DNA of 61,386 nt, counting the filler, from Candidatus Coatesbacteria bacterium (GTDB taxonomy: Bacteria > JAFGND01), in assembly GCA_016927185.1 (NCBI GenBank). It is 4 parts of 4 records of this genome, joined end to end, with 100 filler letters (N's around TTAATTAATTAA, not from the genome) between each part and the next. Parts side by side here need not be neighbours in the genome. Positions count along the whole stretch, not along the records: positions 44,036 to 52,617 come from JAFGND010000089.1; positions 52,718 to 61,386 come from JAFGND010000093.1; 2 more parts are not named here. One strand, written 5' to 3'. Shown here piece by piece: positions 48,353 to 57,821 of this stretch. The stretch's first letter is position 1. Every line of letters starts with the position of its first letter. The notes below the pieces were generated by a model, which had not been told where the DNA came from, ran no database searches, and was given only the letters and a program-made list of their open reading frames with translations. A program made the position numbers and the translations under genes.

Positions 48353-49906
48353 TCAATTTGATAGTTTTTTTCTTGTCTCCTTAATCTCTTTTATCAAGTC
48401 TCTTTCTATCCTGTCCATTGTTGTACCCTTGAAGCGATCTCCTTGATCCAGATGCCATCTTCTGAATGCAAGCCTTACCTGAAGTTTATGGAGTTTGCTT
48501 CCACTCCATAGACCTGAGATGCCATAAGTGGAGAGAGAATGAAGCTTCCATCTTGTATTTCCAAACCATCCAACAAGATATCGGTATTCTTCTGGGGCAA
48601 CAATGTTTGGGTCAGCAACATCTTTCAGGTATTTGTTGATAACTCTCCTTTCCCTGAAAAATGCCCATAAATATGCTGAAGACATTACGAATACAACAAA
48701 ACTGCCAATAATTATTATCTTCAGCAGCAGGTCAGACATTGAATCTCCTGTACTTATCAAAGTCTGTCCTCCATTCCACATCATATGAGTTGTTACAGCT
48801 CCAGTGTAACCAATTACTGGCCATATATATCTCAGGCAGCCTTTCTTTGATTCCCTTGCAAGTCCAAATCCGAATCCTGTGAATGCGGTCCATGATGGAT
48901 GGCAGATTGTTGGAAGTAACGTGCTTCTTATAATTAAGACAAGTGTTGGATCCCCGAATTGACCCATGAAAGCCTGTGCAAAGTAATTGATGTTTTCCAT
49001 TATTGCAAATCCTAAACCGACAGCCATTCCGAATATAAGTCCATCGATTGTGCTGTCAAATTCATCATATAACAATATGAAAATGACTGCTATTGCAAGA
49101 CCTTTCAATGTTTCCTCGAACCATGGAGCGAAAAGTACTGTTACAAATTGCCTGCTTCCAGTTATATCAATGACAGTAGAATTCACTAATCCTGCGAATC
49201 CGATTGCAAAAATTCCTCCCCATAAAAGTGTTACTATGAATAAATGCCATTTGATCCTGTTATTGAAATCAAGCATTCTTATTATGAATGCATATGGAAT
49301 GAAAGGAAGAAAAGCTACAAATGTTGCAATGACTAGAGGACCTGTTACATTTGGATTTGTGAGTGCTGTCAAATAAAAATAGGCTTTGATACAACCACCT
49401 ATGCTTATAAGAGAGAGAGAAAGTATCCAGAAAAGGGCTTTTTTCCATGGAATTTTAGATTTCCCTATGTGGATAAAAGTCTTGCTTCCAGGGTCATCTT
49501 TAAGATCGGCTATTCCGAAAAAGCTTTTATTCAGTATGTCATCTGGTGCTTCTGATGCCTGGTTTGTTTTCTCTGATACTGCTTTTCTTGCTTCTTCTTC
49601 AGTCAAGGATGAAGGATCCTTTATTATTTCCAGATATGTGTCACCTATCTGGAAAGAAGATGGTAGTTCAATCAAGGTAGGTATTTTTACCTGGACACCA
49701 CCAAGGAATGTTCCATTCGTAGATTTCAGGTCATTCAGAATCACCTTGTTTCCCTTTATTTCTAGATTGCAATGCTGACCTGATATCCTTGCATCCTGAA
49801 TAGGAATGGAATTGGATGGATTTCTCCCTATGGTATAGTTACCATCTTCCAGACTGAATGATTTCCCCTCATCCTGTCCCGAGATAATTTTAAGTATGAA
49901 TTTCAT
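48353..49906 (-). CDS. FHA domain-PrsW family intramembrane metalloprotease fusion
   Basis: FHA motifs IGR, SGQH, DLKSTNGT; PrsW motifs FEETLKG, GFAIMENINY, HPSWT, HMMWN. Confidence 0.88.
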   Translation of the reverse strand: MKFILKIISGQDEGKSFSLEDGNYTIGRNPSNSIPIQDARISGQHCNLEIKGNKVILNDLKSTNGTFLGGVQVKIPTLIELPSSFQIGDTYLEIIKDPSSLTEEEARKAVSEKTNQASEAPDDILNKSFFGIADLKDDPGSKTFIHIGKSKIPWKKALFWILSLSLISIGGCIKAYFYLTALTNPNVTGPLVIATFVAFLPFIPYAFIIRMLDFNNRIKWHLFIVTLLWGGIFAIGFAGLVNSTVIDITGSRQFVTVLFAPWFEETLKGLAIAVIFILLYDEFDSTIDGLIFGMAVGLGFAIMENINYFAQAFMGQFGDPTLVLIIRSTLLPTICHPSWTAFTGFGFGLARESKKGCLRYIWPVIGYTGAVTTHMMWNGGQTLISTGDSMSDLLLKIIIIGSFVVFVMSSAYLWAFFRERRVINKYLKDVADPNIVAPEEYRYLVGWFGNTRWKLHSLSTYGISGLWSGSKLHKLQVRLAFRRWHLDQGDRFKGTTMDRIERDLIKEIKETRKKLSN

Positions 49907-49999
49907 GAAATAAACCTCTCTCTCCCTGTGAAGATTTCACTTTAGTTAATAAGGAATAAATAGCTTTTTTTGTAAAGAAAAAACAAGTTCTTAATCTTG

Positions 50000-50019
50000 T
50001 GTGGATAATTTGTGAATAA
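50000..50019 (-). promoter_or_regulatory. two tandem DnaA-box matches
   Basis: Minus strand TTATTCACA-aa-TTATCCACA; both fit TTWTNCACA. Confidence 0.5.
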
Positions 50020-50976
50020 CTAAATCTTATGAAAATTTAAATATTCTTCTATAACCATTGGATTGCGGATTTTTTTCAGCTGTCTTAATATTGATTTTAT
50101 TATAAAAACTCTCTCGGATTGTGTTTTGTAACCAAGAGGATTGCTTGAACAGAGAGCCAGGTCTTCCTTTTTCATATCGCAGGAGAAATCCTTCAGGTGA
50201 AATAAATATACAACAGGTATCTTGCTTAAATAAAGCAGTGCTTTTGCTGCCCTAAACAATAATTGCGAACTGTTAAGGACATAACTGGCATGAAAAGGGA
50301 ATTTAAAGAAAGGAATGCAGGTTACTGGAAATTCAATGAAATCCTTTTGCAATCCCTTCCTGTATGGATTTTCGGATGAAGGGTAATAAGGTTTATTCTT
50401 CCTTCTTGCAAGCTCAATAGAGAAAGGTTGCAGGAAAGCATGCTGATCAGCGGATCTCTTGCCTTTTGATCTTATGGAAAGGAGTCTTGCAATTAGCGGT
50501 CCATAGGGTGATGGAAAAACCGATGTATCATATATATATCCTGAGGATTTTAGGAATGCAATGCTTTTCTTATCAAGAAAATATGCAGGAGCTCTGAAGC
50601 CTACTGGGTTGACATTCAGGTTTGCAGTTATTGCATCATGGCATTTCATTATTTCCTGCTCTTTCTCAGATTCGTCAAGTAATGCCAGGTTTTTGGGATG
50701 GTTATATGTATGATTGGCGAAGTAATGCCCTTCCGATTGTGCCTGTTTCAACAACTCAAGATGCTTTCTCTTTTCCATTTCTCTTCCAACTATGAATAGA
50801 GTTGACTTGATTTTCTCTTGCTTGAATATTTCCAGCATCATCTCAAATCCGCTTTCAAAGACATAATCTTCATGATCCCTGAAATCATGATCTGACATGT
50901 CATTTGCATGTACCCATAATCCATCAAGATCAACATGAAAAAAGACAGCATCTGCTGGAGGTAATTCCAAATGCAT
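50020..50976 (-). CDS. polysaccharide deacetylase (NodB/CE4) family protein
   Basis: HVDLD, STLFIVG, NHTYNH, GFRAPAY, YDTS. Confidence 0.88.
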   Translation of the reverse strand: MHLELPPADAVFFHVDLDGLWVHANDMSDHDFRDHEDYVFESGFEMMLEIFKQEKIKSTLFIVGREMEKRKHLELLKQAQSEGHYFANHTYNHPKNLALLDESEKEQEIMKCHDAITANLNVNPVGFRAPAYFLDKKSIAFLKSSGYIYDTSVFPSPYGPLIARLLSIRSKGKRSADQHAFLQPFSIELARRKNKPYYPSSENPYRKGLQKDFIEFPVTCIPFFKFPFHASYVLNSSQLLFRAAKALLYLSKIPVVYLFHLKDFSCDMKKEDLALCSSNPLGYKTQSERVFIIKSILRQLKKIRNPMVIEEYLNFHKI

Positions 50977-51249
50977 ATTCACCTTTCTTTCATGCTTAAA
51001 GACATAGGTAATGTATAATTAGTCAAGTATCTTTGGGAATTCTTTGAACAGAAGACAATTTCACTTGACTTAAAAAACCTCAAATTAGAAACAGAGAACA
51101 ATTGATTTGAATAATTAGCTCCTGAAGCCTGATAGAAGCAAGGGATAGAAACTCAACTATCTATCAATAAAAGGCGCAATTTATAAATCATTGATATTGC
51201 TTCAATTCCACTAAAAAAGGAATTTCTGAAGACAAAAAAATTTTTATGC

Positions 51250-51400
51250 TTGACATAAAAAACAAGATTTTAAGAGTGGTGCCCGTGAGTTTGATAAAAG
51301 GGGAAGACTACTAAATACAAAATCCTTGACATGAAAACTCACAACATAAAAAATGCAAACCCTGCTAAATTTTAAGGGAAAGCAGAAAACGTTCTTTAAT
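51250..51400 (+). promoter_or_regulatory. rRNA operon leader: tandem TTGACA -35 boxes and a boxA-like antiterminator
   Basis: TTGACA at 51250 and 51326 (weak -10 elements); GTTCTTTAA at 51391. Confidence 0.5.
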
Positions 51401-51475
51401 TATGAAAATATAAGGATATGCAGAAACGAGCAAAAAAGCTTGTGCAAACCAGATTTTCTAAGACAACGAAAAATT

Positions 51476-52617
<1,142 letters not shown>

Positions 52618-52717
52618 NNNNNNNNNNNNNNNNNNNNNNNNNNNNNNNNNNNNNNNNNNNNTTAATTAATTAANNNNNNNNNNNNNNNNNNNNNNNNNNN
52701 NNNNNNNNNNNNNNNNN
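52618..52717. other. artificial contig-join linker
   Basis: N-TTAATTAATTAA-N, 100 nt. Confidence 0.97.
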
Positions 52718-52864
52718 AGAATAAAAATCCTTGACAATCTATTTCTTTTTTTTTTTTTGACTATATGGAAATCTACTGAACCAAGATAAGTGTTATTTAT
52801 ACGTAAAAAATATACAAAACGCTTATTCCATAAGGATTTATAAAAAGTAATAAGGGAGGTTATT

Positions 52865-54217
52865 ATGAAGGTTCTATTGCTTTTATCATTTCTCCTGCCA
52901 TCTTTACTTCTTGGCTGGGAGAAGTATTATGGGGATACTCTCCATAATGAATATTGCTCTGGGATTGTAAAAGATAAAGATGGGAACTATTTGATTTGCT
53001 ATACAAATGAAAATAGAAGTAATCTAGATGATGAAGACATTGGTTTGTTAAAAGTAGATAAAAGTGGAGTTGTTATTTTTAATAAAGTTTATAATGAGGT
53101 AGATTGTATAGATTGTAGTTTCCTTTTAAATACAAAAGACGAAGGTTATGTTATTTCTGGAAATATTTTTTATAAAGACAAAGGATTTGATATATATTTA
53201 TTAAAACTGGATGCTAATTATAATAAGAAATGGACTAATACAATAGGTTTGAATAAATGGAATTTGTCTTATTCCATTTTAGAAACTGATAACAATGATT
53301 TAATTGCTATTGGATTTACTGAACCTAAAATTGGCTATCTTATTGGTTATTTCGCAAAAGTAGACAAATACGGTAATCAATTATGGGAGAAAACATCTGC
53401 AGGTTTGGGGGAATCTTCTTTTAGATCAATAACAAAAGCAAAAGATGGTGGTTATTTGATAACAGGTGGTACACATAATCAAGATGAAGTAAGATTATAT
53501 GTTATAAAAATAGATGATGATGGAAATACAATATGGGAAAAAATGTTTGGTAATACTGGAGATGATTTAGGTCGCTGGGTAGAATCAACGAATGATGGAG
53601 GCTATATAATAACTGGGATGTACTCACGTGATTTATGTTTATTGAAACTGGATGCTAATGGCAACAAGGAATGGGAAAAGACATTCAGTGAATCAAATGG
53701 TGAGAGTGTTAAGCAGGATGAAAGCGAGAATTTTGTTATTGTTGGTTCTAAAGGAACTACTAATCCATGGAATTCTGATATTTACATTCTAAAAGTAGAT
53801 TCGCAAGGTAATAAAATTTGGGATAAGACTTTTGGAGGATCAGACACAATTGAATACGGTTTGAATATACTTATAGATCCTAATGAATACTATATTGCAG
53901 GTAATAGGTATACAGAAACTCATGGATTGGACTGGGATATTTATCTTGTTAAAACTGATAAAGACGGTGAAACTGGATTCTCTTCTTATGTTTCTACTAA
54001 ATCCCTTCCCTCCCCCTCTTTCTCCATCTCCCCCAACCCCTTCTCTTCCCGTTTGTCCCTCTCCCTGTCTTCCTCAGGAGCTATCTATTCCCTAGCCGGT
54101 CAACTGATAATGAAACTAGATAAAGGCAAGCACTCTCTTGACACAAGCAAATGGAGAGAGGGAGTTTATATAGTGAAGGCTGGGAAAGAGTCAAGGAGGA
54201 TAGTTAAAGTAAATTAA
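52865..54217 (+). CDS. secreted beta-propeller repeat protein (DGGY..D.Y.LK.D..G...W.K.FG repeats) with the shared C-terminal domain
   Basis: Signal peptide; about seven ~50-aa repeats; tail SPNPF..YSLAGQL..EGVYIVK; GGAGG RBS. Confidence 0.88.
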   Translation: MKVLLLLSFLLPSLLLGWEKYYGDTLHNEYCSGIVKDKDGNYLICYTNENRSNLDDEDIGLLKVDKSGVVIFNKVYNEVDCIDCSFLLNTKDEGYVISGNIFYKDKGFDIYLLKLDANYNKKWTNTIGLNKWNLSYSILETDNNDLIAIGFTEPKIGYLIGYFAKVDKYGNQLWEKTSAGLGESSFRSITKAKDGGYLITGGTHNQDEVRLYVIKIDDDGNTIWEKMFGNTGDDLGRWVESTNDGGYIITGMYSRDLCLLKLDANGNKEWEKTFSESNGESVKQDESENFVIVGSKGTTNPWNSDIYILKVDSQGNKIWDKTFGGSDTIEYGLNILIDPNEYYIAGNRYTETHGLDWDIYLVKTDKDGETGFSSYVSTKSLPSPSFSISPNPFSSRLSLSLSSSGAIYSLAGQLIMKLDKGKHSLDTSKWREGVYIVKAGKESRRIVKVN

Positions 54218-54227
54218 GGAGATTAAA

Positions 54228-55502
54228 ATGAAAAATCTTTTAATTGTCATAATTCTACTATCTTTATCTAGTCTGCTCTTTTCAGCACCAGGTGATTTGA
54301 TATGGAGATATAGGGTTAATGGAGGTTGTTCTTCTCCTTATGTTTCAGATGGAGTTGTTTATGTTGGAGGTAATGATTTTTCTCTTTATGCAATAAATTG
54401 TTCTGATGGAACTCTTAAATGGAGATCTCAGAGAGGTAATGCTTATGGTGTTCATTCTTCTCCTTGTGTTTCAGATAGAGTTGTTTATATCGGAAGTGGG
54501 GATTACTATCTTTATGCAATAAATTGCTCAGATGGAACTCGTAGATGGAGATATCAGACAGGTGCTTATGTTGGCTCCTCTCCTTGTGTTTCAGATAGAG
54601 TTGTTTATATCGGAAGTGATGATTGGTATCTCTATGCAATAAACTGCTCAGGTAGAACTATGAAATGGAGATATCAAACAGGTAATTGGATTAGGTCTTC
54701 TCCTTGCATTCTAGATGGAGTTGTTTATGTTGGAAGCGATGATCATTATCTTTATGCAATAAACTGCTCAGATGGTTCTCTTAAATGGAGATATCAAACA
54801 GGTAATTGGATTAGGTCTTCTCCTTGTGTCTCGGATGGAGTTGTTTATGTTGGAAGTAATGATTGTCATCTTTATGCTATAAATAGCTCAGATGGAACTC
54901 TTAAATGGAAGTATAAGGCTGATTCTATTATATTTTCTTCCCCTTGCGTTTCAGATGGAGTTGTTTATGTTGGAAGTAATATTTATTATCTTTATGCAAT
55001 AAACAGCTCAGATGGAACTCTTGAATGGAGATATCAGACAGGTGATGCTATTGACTCTTCTCCTTGTGTTTCAGATGGAGTTGTTTATATAGGCAGTGAT
55101 GATCATTATCTTTATGCTATAAACTGCTCTGATGGAACTCTTAAATGGAGATTTCAGACTGATGATCCTATAGGCTCTTCACCTTGCGTTTGTGATGGAG
55201 TTGTCTATATAGGAAGTTCAGATTGTTATCTCTATGCAATAGAAACTTATGGATATAAAGGTTTCAAGGAAAATAAATCAGCTTCCTATATTCCCTCCAA
55301 ATCCTTCTCAGTTTCCCCAAATCCATTTGCTTCTCGTCTATCAATTTCCTCTTCTTCCTCTGTTTCTATCTATTCCCTTACTGGTCAACTGATAATGCAA
55401 TTGAACAAAGGCAAGCACTCTCTTGATACAAGCAAATGGAGAGAGGGAGTTTATATTATCAAAGCTGGGAAGGAATGCAAGAGGGTAGTGAAGATAAGAT
55501 AG
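54228..55502 (+). CDS. secreted 8-bladed PQQ-like beta-propeller with the shared C-terminal domain
   Basis: Signal peptide; eight near-identical 40-aa blades; YAIETYGYKGFKE linker; SPNPF tail. Confidence 0.92.
   Translation: MKNLLIVIILLSLSSLLFSAPGDLIWRYRVNGGCSSPYVSDGVVYVGGNDFSLYAINCSDGTLKWRSQRGNAYGVHSSPCVSDRVVYIGSGDYYLYAINCSDGTRRWRYQTGAYVGSSPCVSDRVVYIGSDDWYLYAINCSGRTMKWRYQTGNWIRSSPCILDGVVYVGSDDHYLYAINCSDGSLKWRYQTGNWIRSSPCVSDGVVYVGSNDCHLYAINSSDGTLKWKYKADSIIFSSPCVSDGVVYVGSNIYYLYAINSSDGTLEWRYQTGDAIDSSPCVSDGVVYIGSDDHYLYAINCSDGTLKWRFQTDDPIGSSPCVCDGVVYIGSSDCYLYAIETYGYKGFKENKSASYIPSKSFSVSPNPFASRLSISSSSSVSIYSLTGQLIMQLNKGKHSLDTSKWREGVYIIKAGKECKRVVKIR
54294..55242 (+). repeat. intragenic tandem repeat, 8 x ~120 bp
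   Basis: Recurring AAATGGAGATATCAGACAGGT...TCTCCTTGTGTTTCAGATGGAGTTGTTTAT...TATCTTTATGCAATAAA at 120-nt spacing. Confidence 0.92.
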
Positions 55503-55544
55503 TTCTCTCGGTTTGTATGTTTGAAAATCGCTGCTATAAACATT

Positions 55545-55634
55545 CGGAGAGGGAGGGATTCGAACCCTCGGATCCTTTATACAAGAATCAGCAATTTTCG
55601 AGACTGCCCCCTTAAACCTCTCGGGAACCTCTCC
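55545..55634 (-). tRNA. tRNA-Ser (anticodon CGA)
   Basis: GGAGAGG/CCTCTCC acceptor stem with G discriminator, GCAGT-CT-CGA-AA-ATTGC anticodon arm, long variable arm, GGTTCGAATCC T arm; CCA not encoded. Confidence 0.95.
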
Positions 55635-56070
55635 GTTTGTATTCGAAAAAATCACTAAGCAATCTGGAACACTCATTCTCGGATATTCCTGATATTACGT
55701 ACGGGACATGATTCAAGTGAGTCCTTTCTTTCAGGAATCTGCTGAATCCAGCCTTTTTGTCAGCTGCTCCATAAACCAGAGTGTCTATTCTATGCAATAC
55801 TATTGCCCCGTAACACATTATGCATGGCTCAAGCGTTACATACAAACTCAGTCCCTTTGTCCATCTGGTTTTAGTTTTGCTTATAAGCTCTTCAAGAACA
55901 AGCATTTCAGCATGATGAAGCGGATTGCCACTAAGCTCCGTTTTGTTGTGGCTCTCGGCAATAACCTCATTATCAAGTATCAGAACTGCACCAACAGGCA
56001 CTTCATTGCACTTGAATGCTGTTTCTGCCTGCAGTAGTGCTGCTTTCATCCATTTTTCGTGTTCATTCAC
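55612..56070 (-). CDS. tadA: tRNA adenosine(34) deaminase
   Basis: EVPVGAV, HAE, LYVTLEPCIMC, LVYGAADKKAG, LNH. Confidence 0.93.
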   Translation of the reverse strand: MNEHEKWMKAALLQAETAFKCNEVPVGAVLILDNEVIAESHNKTELSGNPLHHAEMLVLEELISKTKTRWTKGLSLYVTLEPCIMCYGAIVLHRIDTLVYGAADKKAGFSRFLKERTHLNHVPYVISGISENECSRLLSDFFEYKRRGSREV

Positions 56071-56189
56071 AACGATTGCCTGCGATATTCAACTGCATAT
56101 TGTCAATAAAAAAGTATTATTGAAAATATCCTTTACAGGAAAGTGCTTTATCTGACAAAGTCATGAGCAAAAAACAAATGGAGGTTTTT

Positions 56190-56966
56190 ATGAAAAACAA
56201 CGAATGGCAGGAATTCTTTGATATATATGCAAAAGAATATGAAACCGAAGTATTTACAAAAAATACCTTGAATGAAGTTGATTTCATAATAAGGGAATTG
56301 AAGTTAAATCCACCGCTCAAAATACTTGATGCAGGATGCGGAATTGGAAGGCATTCAATAGAACTTGCAAAAAGGGGATTTCAGGTTACAGGCATAGACA
56401 TATCCTTGTCCATGCTAAAGGAAGCAGAAAGGAATGCAGGAAAGGCAGGAGTAAGTATTGAGCTCATAAGAACTGATGCAAGAACCTTCAAGAAGGAACT
56501 GGAATATGATGCTGCTATATGTCTCTGCGAAGGGGCATTCTCACTTCATGGCAGCAGTGATGATCCCTTGATGAGTGACCTTGTGATATTGAAAAATATC
56601 CATTCATCATTGAAACCGAAAGCCTTTTTTCTTCTTAATGCTCTTAATGCAATGAGACATATAAGGCATTACGGCAATGCCGATGTGGAAAGTGGTGCTT
56701 TTAATCCTCTTACACTTTCAGAGAGAAGCAGGATGAAGTACAAACTGCCATCAGGTGAAATAGATATCACTGGTTATGAACGCGGCTATGTCCTTACTGA
56801 GCTTAATCTATTGATGAATATTGCTGGATTCAATGTATTGAATGTATGGGGTGGAACTGCAGGTTCATGGAACAAGCAGATGATAGATCTGGATGAAATA
56901 GAATTAATGGTTCTTGCAGAAAAAGCAGATATTAATGAAAAAAGAAAGATTTTTTTCCCTGATTAA
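56190..56966 (+). CDS. class I SAM-dependent methyltransferase
   Basis: ILDAGCGIGRH, VTGIDIS, YDAAICL; GGAGG RBS before ATG 56190. Confidence 0.92.
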   Translation: MKNNEWQEFFDIYAKEYETEVFTKNTLNEVDFIIRELKLNPPLKILDAGCGIGRHSIELAKRGFQVTGIDISLSMLKEAERNAGKAGVSIELIRTDARTFKKELEYDAAICLCEGAFSLHGSSDDPLMSDLVILKNIHSSLKPKAFFLLNALNAMRHIRHYGNADVESGAFNPLTLSERSRMKYKLPSGEIDITGYERGYVLTELNLLMNIAGFNVLNVWGGTAGSWNKQMIDLDEIELMVLAEKADINEKRKIFFPD

Positions 56967-56984
56967 TAAATAGAAGGAGTTTAT

Positions 56985-57350
56985 ATGTCACTCATCAAGG
57001 ATTTCAACGGGATTGCATTTTATGTAACAGATCTTGGGAAAGCAAGGGAATTTTATGTAAATATGCTTGGCTTCGAGGTGACTTATGAAATGGATTATGG
57101 CATATTCATAAAATGCGGGGAAATAACAGGTTACATTGAAGGTGGACGCAAACCTTTTGATATCGAACCGCTTACCTATCCTACAATATGCCCTGTTTTC
57201 AAGGTTGAAAGCGTGAAGAAGGCATTTCAGGAGCTCAAGGATAAGAGTGCTAACTTCGTGGAGGAATACAGGAATTTTTCTGATGATTTCGCAATGTTCA
57301 GTATTGCTGATCCTGACGGAAATGTTATTGAATTTGCAGGACAACCTTAG
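56985..57350 (+). CDS. VOC (glyoxalase/bleomycin resistance) family protein
   Basis: YVTDL.KAREFY..MLGF and IADPDGNVIEF. Confidence 0.92.
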   Translation: MSLIKDFNGIAFYVTDLGKAREFYVNMLGFEVTYEMDYGIFIKCGEITGYIEGGRKPFDIEPLTYPTICPVFKVESVKKAFQELKDKSANFVEEYRNFSDDFAMFSIADPDGNVIEFAGQP

Positions 57351-57377
57351 TATTAATTACTTGATTCAGAGGGAGTT

Positions 57378-57821
57378 ATGGAAATAGAGATAAGGGAAGC
57401 TTGCCCTGCTGACATTCCTGAAATATTGAAGCTGTATTCACAGCTTGATTTGGGGGGAAGCAGGAAAGCAGGTAATGATGAAGCATATGAAAAATTCAGG
57501 ATAATTAACTCATATCCTTTCTATAAAATCTATGTTGCCTTGCTTGATGGAATGATTGCTGGAACCTACAGCCTACTTATAATGGACAGTTTCGCACATG
57601 GATGTCAGTCTCCTGCCGTAATAGAGAACGTTGTAACTGAAGTCAATCTGAGAGGCAAGGGAATCGGACGCAAGATGATGGAGCATGCAATGGAGATTTG
57701 CAAAAACATGGGATGCTTCAAGATAATTCTCTCAAGCAATGTGAAAAGAGACAAGGCACATGATTTTTATGAATCCCTTGGTTTCAGGAAGCATGGTTAC
57801 GGATTTCTTGTTGAATTATAG
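57378..57821 (+). CDS. GNAT family N-acetyltransferase
   Basis: IENVVT...RGKGIG, AHDFYESLGF. Confidence 0.93.
   Translation: MEIEIREACPADIPEILKLYSQLDLGGSRKAGNDEAYEKFRIINSYPFYKIYVALLDGMIAGTYSLLIMDSFAHGCQSPAVIENVVTEVNLRGKGIGRKMMEHAMEICKNMGCFKIILSSNVKRDKAHDFYESLGFRKHGYGFLVEL

Noticed and set aside
49920-50019. Replication origin
   Set aside because: Only two DnaA boxes, and no dnaA, dnaN or gidA context
51120-51210. Structured ncRNA or riboswitch upstream of the rRNA promoters
   Set aside because: Short hairpins (GATAG/CTATC, GCAAT/ATTGC) exist but match no family I recognise; an Rfam/Infernal search would be needed
54294-55242. Diversity-generating retroelement as the source of loop variation
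   Set aside because: There is no reverse transcriptase or non-coding template repeat in the window; framework adenines are conserved, and indels and non-adenine changes occur. A remote DGR cannot be fully excluded.
54294-55242. CRISPR array
   Set aside because: The repeats are in-frame 120-bp coding units without unique spacers, and no cas genes are present
55341-55676. 111-aa minus-strand ORF
   Set aside because: It runs through tRNA-Ser and antisense to the propeller tail; spurious
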